DNA of 64,000 nt, from positions 96,001 to 160,000 of the forward strand of contig CAVSBL010000002.1 in NCBI GenBank assembly GCA_963726255.1, written 5' to 3'. The notes below the pieces were generated by a model. That model was given only the letters and a program-made list of their open reading frames with translations, was not told the origin of the DNA and made no database searches. Shown in pieces: positions 46,481 to 54,566 of the stretch. The stretch comes from Candidatus Bathyarchaeota archaeon. Lineage in GTDB: Archaea; Thermoproteota; Bathyarchaeia; 40CM-2-53-6. The position numbers and the translations under genes were made by a program. Numbering within the stretch: position 1 is the first letter of the stretch; each line of letters begins with the position of its first letter.

Positions 46481-48063
46481 CCAACGTTCACTTTGCCAGC
46501 AGCAATGTTGGGGTCGCAACCGTCACGGATTCTGGACTGGTCACCGCGGTTCATACGCCAACGAATTTCGGCGACACTCCATACGTAACCGCCCAGGCCG
46601 ACGGTGTCTCAGCGTCAAACGCGGCGCTCATCCGGGTCACTCAACATTCCGTGGCATTGACGCTAGATGTTTACTGGAGTGAACACGTGGTTTTCTATCT
46701 TCCCCGTCAATCAATCGGCGACTACAATTACACAAGAATTGCTTCAAGTTACCAAGTCATTCGATTAGTAGACTTGGGTTACGAGTTGGAAAATGAGGCT
46801 ACGGCAGCCCCACCGTTCGATGGAGACATGCAATTCCTAGTGACCGATCCAGGCTCAGATAGCACAGTTCCATGCGGGCTCAGCGGAAACCCCGTGAGAT
46901 TCGGAGTAAGACTCGATAAGACAGTAAACAACAGCTGTTTCATCGTAGCGTGGCAGACCGGGAATCCCCAATGGGGAGTCTACTTTCATGAAATAGGACA
47001 CAACCACCTAGCTTTGGGCACGAAGATCAATCAGTTCTGGGGTGTTGCTGCGCCGACGGGCAACACCATTTTCGCAGAAGGCCTGGCGACAGCGCTCGCC
47101 ATGTACGCGGCGAAGATGATAGAAACGCGAGCTTCTTCGTATTCAATTTCGCAATCAATCCTCGATAGCATGCTCCGCCCGAACGGAGGAGACTGGTCTG
47201 GAAGGGTGTGGCGTTTCGGAACAACCACCGAACTCAATCAATACGTGGCGGCAGGCGCAATGTACAGTCAGATGACGCCGGACATACTCGACGAAATCAT
47301 CGACAAACTCTTCACCAAGTATGGCTACGATAAACTGCCAAACGTTTACTCCATCTTCCTCCCTCGAGACACAGCGTATCCTTTTCCGCTTCGAACGGAA
47401 TCAGACCAAGCCACCTTATTCGTGGCAGGAGTCAGCGCAGCAGTTGGCAAGGACCTTCAAGCTGAATTCCGCGCTTGGGGATTTCCAGTGAACCACACGT
47501 ACTACAACGAAATATGGTCTGCAGTGACCAAACTAATTTATCAGAGGAATCCAAACCTCCAACCTCTAATCGGGATTCCCCTATCGACTGGTTGGAACTT
47601 GATCTCGCTTCCGCTCATTCCGAGCGACAACAAAATCACCTCGATTGGTGCGACAGTGACGTCTGTTTGGGCGTACGATGCGATGCATAGCTCGTGGAAG
47701 TTCTACATGCCAGGAAAGTCAAGCACGTTGACTCAAATGACAGATGGAAATGGATATTGGATTCTAATGACGCATCCTGACGTTCTCTACGTGGATGGTA
47801 ACATTATAGAGCCGGGCGCGGCTCCGCCAAGCTATTCGTTGACTGTCGGTTGGAACCTGATAGGTTTCAAACCTCAACCTAAGGTCGCTAACGAAACGGT
47901 AGGATCCTACCTATCTAGCATAGCAGGGAGTTATGACAAGAACAATGTTTGGACGTATGATAATCAGAACGGGACATGGATTCGCGCTACAGACGTCACT
48001 TGGCTTCGACCTAGCCAAGCAATGTGGGTTCTGATGACCTCGCCAGCGACACTCCGACCCTAG
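46470..48063 (+). CDS. 5'-truncated secreted protein: Big_2 Ig domain, HExxH metallopeptidase-like domain, C-terminal GWNLI repeats
   Basis: SSNVGVATV..SGLVTA (Big_2); FHEIGH...EGLA; two GWNLI(S/G) repeats; no signal peptide or credible start codon. Confidence 0.7.
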
Positions 48064-48262
48064 AATTCAATGCCATTAGTCTTCGGATATTGCCAGATTA
48101 TCCTCTGAGGCAGACATCTGGCATGCGGAGGAAAGCATGTTTCCGGATCCTCGGGAACACGCGCAACCGAACGCCGCAACCCAACCCCATTAAGAACCAA
48201 ACTAGTCGACATGTACAGTGTCGGCGACGGATAACCAACACCCCGGTAATGACAAGTATCGG

Positions 48263-48372
48263 TGGTGCCGGGGGCGGGGTTCGAACCCGCGGCTTCTGGG
48301 CCCACGGCTCTCCAGATTATGAGTTTCGTCCCTTAAGCCTGGCTGGCGCTCTACCAGCTGAGCCACCCCGGC
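48263..48372 (-). tRNA. tRNA-Met(CAT), elongator type, with two non-canonical introns (30/31: 48325-48342; 45/46: 48294-48309)
   Basis: GCCGGGG/CCCCGGC-A-CCA; CCAG[intron]A-CT-CAT-AA-TCTGG; perfect BHB (CTGG/CCAG) in the variable loop. Confidence 0.9.
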
Positions 48373-48490
48373 CCCGCCCAGAAAGCTGGCGCTTGATGTA
48401 AAAACGTTCGCATCAAATTCCCAGATGAGGTGGTCGTGGCGCGGAGTGAAAAGCGTTTAATGAACACGAGGCTATCGTTCCGGTTATTGG

Positions 48491-49729
48491 TTGGACGCGC
48501 AAGGAATGGAGTTCAACTACCTAACCCTCGACGACTTCGAGCTCCGCGACAAACGCGTACTGCTGAGGTTAGACATCAACGTTCCAATGGACCCCAACAC
48601 CAAGAAGATCCTTGACGAAGGAAGGATTGTCGCCGCAACGCCAACGTTAGACGCGCTCGCAAGTGCCAAAGTCGTAATTCTCTCACACCAAAGCCGTCCG
48701 GGAAGGGACGATTTTACCCCTCTTCAACAACACGCAATAATCCTGCAGAACAACTGCGCAAGACCCGTTAGTTTCATTGATGATGTCATGGGACCCGCTG
48801 CACGAGGAGCAATAAAGGAGCTCAGGAGTGGCGAGGTTTTGGTGTTGGATAATGTACGTTTTTGCGCCGAGGAGAATCTAGAAGAAACGGGTGAGAAGCT
48901 TGCTAGATCAAACCTTGTCTTGCGCCTGGCGCCGCTATTTGACCTGTACGTCAACGATGCCTTCGCCGCAGCTCACAGGTCGCAGGCCTCGCTCGTAGGT
49001 TTCCCACATGTCCTCCCGTCAGCCGCCGGCAGACTAATGGAGAAAGAGCTTGCTGCACTCAAACGGTTACTTGTAGAGCCTGATCGGCCGAGTACTTACA
49101 TTCTGGGCGGTGCTAAGGTTGAAGACAAAGTACCTGTCATCGATAACCTTCTCTCAACAGGGAAGGCGGACCATGTTCTCGTAGGGGGAAACGTTGCGAA
49201 GGTATTCCTGAAGGCTGCGGACCGCGAGTTCAGCGAAGCCGATGAGAGTGAGTTGGCGAGTGTTACGGACGAAGTCTTGAAAGCCAACCGGATTCTTTCA
49301 AAGTATCGAAAACGTATTTTGCTCCCCACAGATTTTGGAACAGTCCTAAACGGTAAACGTGCTGACACGCCGGTCGCGAAATTACCCCACGCTGGCCGTG
49401 CGCTCGACATAGGCTCAAAGACAGCTGAAAGGTTCTCAGACATCATTAGCGAATCGAAGACAGTTGTTGCCGCTGGGCCCATGGGCGTCTTTGAGGAGGA
49501 TGGTTTCGAAACTGGGACTAAAGCCGTCCTAGAGTCTATGGCAGATTCGGACGCATTCACCGTAATCGGCGGTGGGCACCTTTCAGGTTACGCTGGCATA
49601 CTCGGCATCTCGGACAGATTGTCCCACGTCAGCACAGCGGGAGGCGCGATGCTCTCTTTGCTAGCCGGTGAGGAGCTTCCAGCGATCGAGGCACTTGTGG
49701 ATGCGGCTAGGCGTCACAAAAGCAGATAG
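48491..49729 (+). CDS. pgk: Phosphoglycerate kinase (start likely 48506)
   Basis: RLDINVP, SHQSRPG, VNDAFAAAHR, GGAKV, GGGH, STAGGA. Confidence 0.96.
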   Translation: MDAQGMEFNYLTLDDFELRDKRVLLRLDINVPMDPNTKKILDEGRIVAATPTLDALASAKVVILSHQSRPGRDDFTPLQQHAIILQNNCARPVSFIDDVMGPAARGAIKELRSGEVLVLDNVRFCAEENLEETGEKLARSNLVLRLAPLFDLYVNDAFAAAHRSQASLVGFPHVLPSAAGRLMEKELAALKRLLVEPDRPSTYILGGAKVEDKVPVIDNLLSTGKADHVLVGGNVAKVFLKAADREFSEADESELASVTDEVLKANRILSKYRKRILLPTDFGTVLNGKRADTPVAKLPHAGRALDIGSKTAERFSDIISESKTVVAAGPMGVFEEDGFETGTKAVLESMADSDAFTVIGGGHLSGYAGILGISDRLSHVSTAGGAMLSLLAGEELPAIEALVDAARRHKSR

Positions 49730-49779
49730 CGAGTCGCCTTAGCGAGAATTTTAAGCTGGTCCGTTAATACTCCGCCGAC

Positions 49780-49892
49780 GCCTCGGTGGCTCAGCCTGGT
49801 AGATGCCCTACATTGGGCACTGGGGAGCAGCCGCCTTGTAACTGAATCAGGAGAGCGGCAGGTCGCGGGTTCGAACCCCGCCCGAGGCTCCA
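49780..49892 (+). tRNA. tRNA-Thr(TGT) with two introns (D-arm ~49803-49825; canonical 49841-49853)
   Basis: GCCTCGG/CCGAGGC-T-CCA; GCCGC-CT-TGT-A..A-GCGGC; TTCGAAC T-loop. Confidence 0.92.
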
Positions 49893-49910
49893 TAATACTG
49901 GTTCATAGCC

Positions 49911-50256
49911 TTGCATTTTACTATTGGGCATCTAGCTTTGAGAAAGAAGATAGACATCCACAACTGGGACAGGCGTTACGAACTCACACTGGCCCGGCTA
50001 ATGAGCAATAATCGCATCAGCGATATCAATCGTCAGGCTATCCTTGAGTTCGTTGACGAATGCAAAGCGAATAATCTGAGCATAGCCCGCCGAGTCAAGT
50101 ACCTATACACACTTCCAATTCTGGCCGAACGATTAGGGGGGAATTTCGAATCTGCTACAGTCGATGACATCAAGAAACTTGTGGGATAAATCAACGACGA
50201 TAAAGGTTACGCTGACTGGACGAAGAACGATTTCAGAGTGGCCCTGAAACGGTTCC
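49911..50256 (+). pseudogene. N-terminal remnant of an archaeal tyrosine integrase/XerA-like recombinase
   Basis: DIHNW...IS..N...ILEF...SIAR..KY...F..AT.DDIK.LV; continues in frame past TAA (50187-89) as INDDKGYADWTKNDFRVALKRF; catalytic domain missing; starts 18 bp after the tRNA. Confidence 0.75.
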
Positions 50257-50909
50257 TCATAATACCGCCATTAGAAGCACGCCGAATCACGTGGATGAAC
50301 ACAATTGCAGAACGACTGAAGTCACTGGAAAAGACAATTGAAGGGTTCAGCTTCCAAGGTCTGCAAGGTAATCCCTTGTTCGTTACGGCGGTTATACACG
50401 CTACAACTATAGCGCTGAGAAATCGCCAGAAAGAGAAATTGGAGGCTCTTCAAAATGCAGTTGTGAACACTGCTGTTGGCATCGACATCGAAGAGAACCT
50501 CCAACTATTCTTCCTAGAGATGGTGGACGAGCTGACTCCTCTACAACTGAGGATATTGACTTACTTCAACGATCCGAAGAAATGGTTCAAGATGCAAGGA
50601 CAAGAACTCTCGACGGTTCAGGCCCATTCGAGTCCATTTGGCAAGCCCGTTCCGTATTATGCATTGTATGAAGCAATACCTGAATTTAATGACCTGGATG
50701 GTCGAAGTGTCACTGATTTCATCGTAGACGACCTTCATAACAAAGGTCTCTTGGTTCCCAAAGTGGAGGACTTGGAGAAAGAAACAGCAACTAGGATGTT
50801 TGATTCTAGAACTACCAAGCTAGGAAGGCAATTCATTCAGTACCTTTCGGCGGCAAAGCCTGCAAAACACAACGACCACCGTTACGAATCAGGTGTGCCG
50901 GAACTCTGA
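50238..50909 (+). CDS. Hypothetical protein resembling the Abi-alpha/DUF4393 type; N-terminus fused to the integrase remnant
   Basis: QKEKLEALQNAVVN...FLEMVDELTPLQLRIL...TTKLGRQFIQY pattern. Confidence 0.55.
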   Translation: MALKRFLIIPPLEARRITWMNTIAERLKSLEKTIEGFSFQGLQGNPLFVTAVIHATTIALRNRQKEKLEALQNAVVNTAVGIDIEENLQLFFLEMVDELTPLQLRILTYFNDPKKWFKMQGQELSTVQAHSSPFGKPVPYYALYEAIPEFNDLDGRSVTDFIVDDLHNKGLLVPKVEDLEKETATRMFDSRTTKLGRQFIQYLSAAKPAKHNDHRYESGVPEL

Positions 50910-51309
50910 ACTCTCGGTCTTTTGGTTCCAACCCTACTCGACTCGTTTCCGATCGCATACTTCTGAAACATTGACAAATGCGTTGGCGACCCACAAACGT
51001 GCCTTAGCTATCCAATACCGCTGGTAGAAGTATGAAGTTGTTTCATGTTGATAGTAGCGTAGTTGAGTACTGTTATAGATAGATAAATGAGTGAAGTATT
51101 CTCAGTCAACGTTTCAAATGAAACGTAGTCAGACGTTTCAGATTGTATGCGCTCTTTAAGCCCTGAGATAACAGGAACATGTTTGACTGCGAGTCTGCAT
51201 CGTGGAGAACTAGAATGGACCTCCCTATTGGGACTTCGCCTCGAAGCCTCGCCTTGAAGCTACTCGGAACCAATAAATTCAAAGTAACCTAACAATTAAC
51301 GACAGACGT

Positions 51310-52779
51310 TTGACACAGGTTCAGTCTTGGATGGACTTCTATGGGTTGCTAGGCGACCCTTTCGATACGTTGGCCCTACGGTCCAATGATGAGCTAAGGA
51401 CGTTATTCGTCAAGACGCATGATATAGTTGAGCAGGTTGACCCCTTAATTGACCACTTCATGGATTTGAGCGCATTCATTAGAACGGTCATGGGTCCGAG
51501 AGGCGCTGGCAAATCCACCTGTCTCTGGTACATGGTTTCGAAGGCTCGAGGATTCGAGAATTCGATCGCAGCGTATATTCCCTATCAATACTCGATTCTT
51601 TCCGGAAAGAGCGATCCCCAATATGCTGTGGGTCTTGACGCACTCAACAGAATTGTGCATGAACTAGCTAATGCCCTGAATCAAAGATATCAGTCACGCC
51701 CTCCGCCGTCCGAACTAAAGAAGATCTTGAGAGGGATTCAGCTTTTAGACACAGATTATGACGTGACTAGTGAGAATTTCTACCGTGCCCTATCCAATTC
51801 CTTGGACGAGATCCTCAATCTTGGTGCAAAGTCGAATCTGAAAGGGTTAGTGGCGATAGATAACTATGACAAGGTCCCTGACGAAAAGGTCGCGTTGGGT
51901 TTTCTTCGCAGTTCATATGCACGACAATTATTTGAGCGTCTTCAGAAAAATGGCGTATCTATCGTCTTTACTGCAGAGCAAAGTTGGGGCTATTCAATCG
52001 CAGCCGACCCCGAGTTCAGTTATCTAGGCCACCCGATCAACCTTGGACAGCTTAGTCCAGCTGAAGCAGAGCAAATCGTGCGCGTGAGACTTCAAGCTAA
52101 GAAGTCTACAAATGTCAACCTACCATTTCCGTTCTCCGACCAGGCACTTTCTCGAATCGTTGTTGCTAGGAACGGCATAGCTAGAGACATCCTGGAAACC
52201 TGCCGGTCTTGTCTCCTTCAAGCAGCGAGCATGAAGATCCCGCAAATCGACGAAAGCTGGGTGACTGAATATCTTTCGGCCGAACAACGTGCAGAAAAAA
52301 GGTACTACGAAACCATGTTTCAAGGCGGAATAGAACACAGAATTTTCGAATACGAAAAAGTAGCGTTGCAGTTAGAAGACTATCCAGATTACCTATCCGC
52401 GTATTGGCCGAGCAGGATTTCCTCAAGAGAATTGGTGAATCTGTTGGAGAAAATGAGCTTGCTCTCAGGTGACATCAACTTTTCTATCGTTCGTAAGAAG
52501 CCAACCAATGAGGTTTTGTACAACGAAGAAATGCTGGATCTGAAGAGTTTTCGTGAAATACCGGATGCCGAGAAAGTCATCACATTTCTCAGGATTGACG
52601 CGTCTGAATTTAGTATAACTTGGAATTATGACGAAATCGCTAACATGGTGGGTTTCATCGTTCCCAAGAAAACCAACGATGCGCTAATTGCGTCAATTGT
52701 CAGCCTTCACGCAAAAACCGCCCAATTTCCAGGAACCGAACTGCGCAAGTTGGTCGAACTGTCGGTGAAAGATGATTGA
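51310..52779 (+). CDS. P-loop AAA+/STAND-like NTPase with an unknown C-terminal domain
   Basis: FYGL..DPF N-terminus, Walker A GPRGAGKS, Walker B VAIDNYD, NGIARDIL sensor. Confidence 0.8.
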   Translation: MTQVQSWMDFYGLLGDPFDTLALRSNDELRTLFVKTHDIVEQVDPLIDHFMDLSAFIRTVMGPRGAGKSTCLWYMVSKARGFENSIAAYIPYQYSILSGKSDPQYAVGLDALNRIVHELANALNQRYQSRPPPSELKKILRGIQLLDTDYDVTSENFYRALSNSLDEILNLGAKSNLKGLVAIDNYDKVPDEKVALGFLRSSYARQLFERLQKNGVSIVFTAEQSWGYSIAADPEFSYLGHPINLGQLSPAEAEQIVRVRLQAKKSTNVNLPFPFSDQALSRIVVARNGIARDILETCRSCLLQAASMKIPQIDESWVTEYLSAEQRAEKRYYETMFQGGIEHRIFEYEKVALQLEDYPDYLSAYWPSRISSRELVNLLEKMSLLSGDINFSIVRKKPTNEVLYNEEMLDLKSFREIPDAEKVITFLRIDASEFSITWNYDEIANMVGFIVPKKTNDALIASIVSLHAKTAQFPGTELRKLVELSVKDD

Positions 52780-53228
52780 ATATGAGGCTTATCTGCGACA
52801 GGGAATATCTCGGTAGAGATGGTGTCAAATGGCGGGTGTACGCAACAACTGAGGATTGCCGGTTGCTAACCGGTATGCCCTGCAAGCTCTGCGTGGAGGT
52901 CAGGAATCCAATGCCGGGACACCTAGAGGCTAAGGTCCGAGCTACGGCTCTGAATCGCATAGTACTGTTTGGCTCACAGGTTCAGAATCCAGACTGGAAT
53001 GTACAAATGATTGTGCCACCCAGAAACGGGCCTCGACATCCTGGCGTTGCGTTGGAAGTTACACAGGTTACTGGCGGAAAGTCAGGCCCGGGTCGCGAAA
53101 CCATAGACGTTCAGGTTTCTCACATCATTCCCGCTTTTTCTCGAGGACCTACACCTGTGACCCTAAAGCTAGATCTGGAACTAATCGAACCAAGTTTCGT
53201 ACCCCTGCACAGTGAAAATAACCGTTAG
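52776..53228 (+). CDS. Hypothetical beta-rich protein
   Basis: Overlaps the NTPase stop codon (translational coupling). Confidence 0.55.
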   Translation: MNMRLICDREYLGRDGVKWRVYATTEDCRLLTGMPCKLCVEVRNPMPGHLEAKVRATALNRIVLFGSQVQNPDWNVQMIVPPRNGPRHPGVALEVTQVTGGKSGPGRETIDVQVSHIIPAFSRGPTPVTLKLDLELIEPSFVPLHSENNR

Positions 53229-53250
53229 ATTACTCAGGTTTTGAAGCCCA

Positions 53251-53733
53251 ATGTTTACCCTTGATATTGTTCCGTTCGTGATTGCTATTTTCCTCGACTT
53301 AATCTCGCCTTTTTCCCCGTTCACAAAGAGGATCATGGAGAATCTTGAGGGAACACTACGGTACGAGAATGCCGACGCCTACCTCATCGAAATCATCAAG
53401 GATTGGGTCACTTACGTTTCTGATTCATCACTTGTATTTACGTCGATTTGCGTTTCTATCGCAACTGTTCTTGTACTGCCGATCTTTAGAGCGAGTTTTG
53501 TACTTGACCTAACAGCTTTGCGACTCGGGTTGTACGCCGTACCCTACTTTTACTTGCTCCTTACCGAAACCATGCTCTGCTCTCTGTTAGCTTATACCTA
53601 TTTCCGTCTGCCCAAAACAAGTCCGTTCGTTTTTGCTGTGGGTAAACTAAAGTGGGGATATGGTTGGACTGCCCTTGCTTCACTCGGAATGGACATCCTG
53701 ATTGTTGTCAGCATACTCGTGTATCAAGCCTAG
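53251..53733 (+). CDS. Hypothetical ~4-TM membrane protein
   Basis: Hydrophobic helices; third gene of the NTPase operon. Confidence 0.6.
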   Translation: MFTLDIVPFVIAIFLDLISPFSPFTKRIMENLEGTLRYENADAYLIEIIKDWVTYVSDSSLVFTSICVSIATVLVLPIFRASFVLDLTALRLGLYAVPYFYLLLTETMLCSLLAYTYFRLPKTSPFVFAVGKLKWGYGWTALASLGMDILIVVSILVYQA

Positions 53734-54566
53734 ACGTTAGAATCTGTCCAACGACCTCACGAATGTTGTAACTTACCTTTCGGGCGGTCCGCATCGAAAC
53801 CGATTTTCGCTACACTAGTCGTACACTAGAATGGATTTGATTCCAGTAAATATCCCGGCAGCCCTACTAATGCGAGCATATATGTACCGGTAAATTGGGG
53901 TCAGAATCCTCTTCCACGCTAGATTGCCGGTATGAGTTCTGATTTTGATTTTGACTTGCTAAGTGAAGGCGTCTCTTTTGTGCAGCGAAAATGCGTCTTC
54001 TGGGGTCTAAGCGTCGCCTCGATCAGTGGTAAGGGAGTTGAACTAGTGTTTAATATCCCGCCCGAGGCTCCAACATGTACCGTTAGAAGCTTGGTATCTG
54101 AACCGTGTCGGTACTTTCCACGCGGTGCGGGTTGGTTTGTTTGGTTGAGCGTGTTTTGCAGCTTGCGCCTAGTAGGGTTGTTGAGGATCACGATGAAGGC
54201 TTTGTATTTCGTCCCTATCCAGAAATCAATATGGTCGCCCACTCGGGGACGGCCACGCCTAGTTCTGTCCGACATAGAAGATTATGTGTCGGACAAAATT
54301 CAATCCACTCTATTTCGCATTCTTCATAGCTTTCAGGGCTGTTTTCTCAGCCTTCTTGGTTGCAACTATGACGTTGTTGGCTACTACGGCCGCATACATC
54401 GCAACCGGCGCGACGAGCGTGGCGATGCCAAGCCTGGGATCCCGAGGAAGGAAAGCCTTCTCGTTGACCCTTACGGAAGATTCCCTGATTGGTTTAGACA
54501 CGAGATGGCTTTCTAGCAGAAACCGCCTAGTCGCAAGGGTTCCGGAAAAGATTACTTAGGCCGAGT

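Noticed and set aside
53852-53868. atcccggcagccctact resembling a tRNA-Pro 3' end as the right boundary of the integrase island
   Set aside because: Short and degenerate, lacks a T-loop, and does not match tRNA-Thr(TGT); no attR for that island could be found.
53932-54559. Overlapping ORFs 53932-54516, 54284-54559 and 54310-54501
   Set aside because: Mutually overlapping with no recognisable domain; cannot tell which, if any, is real.
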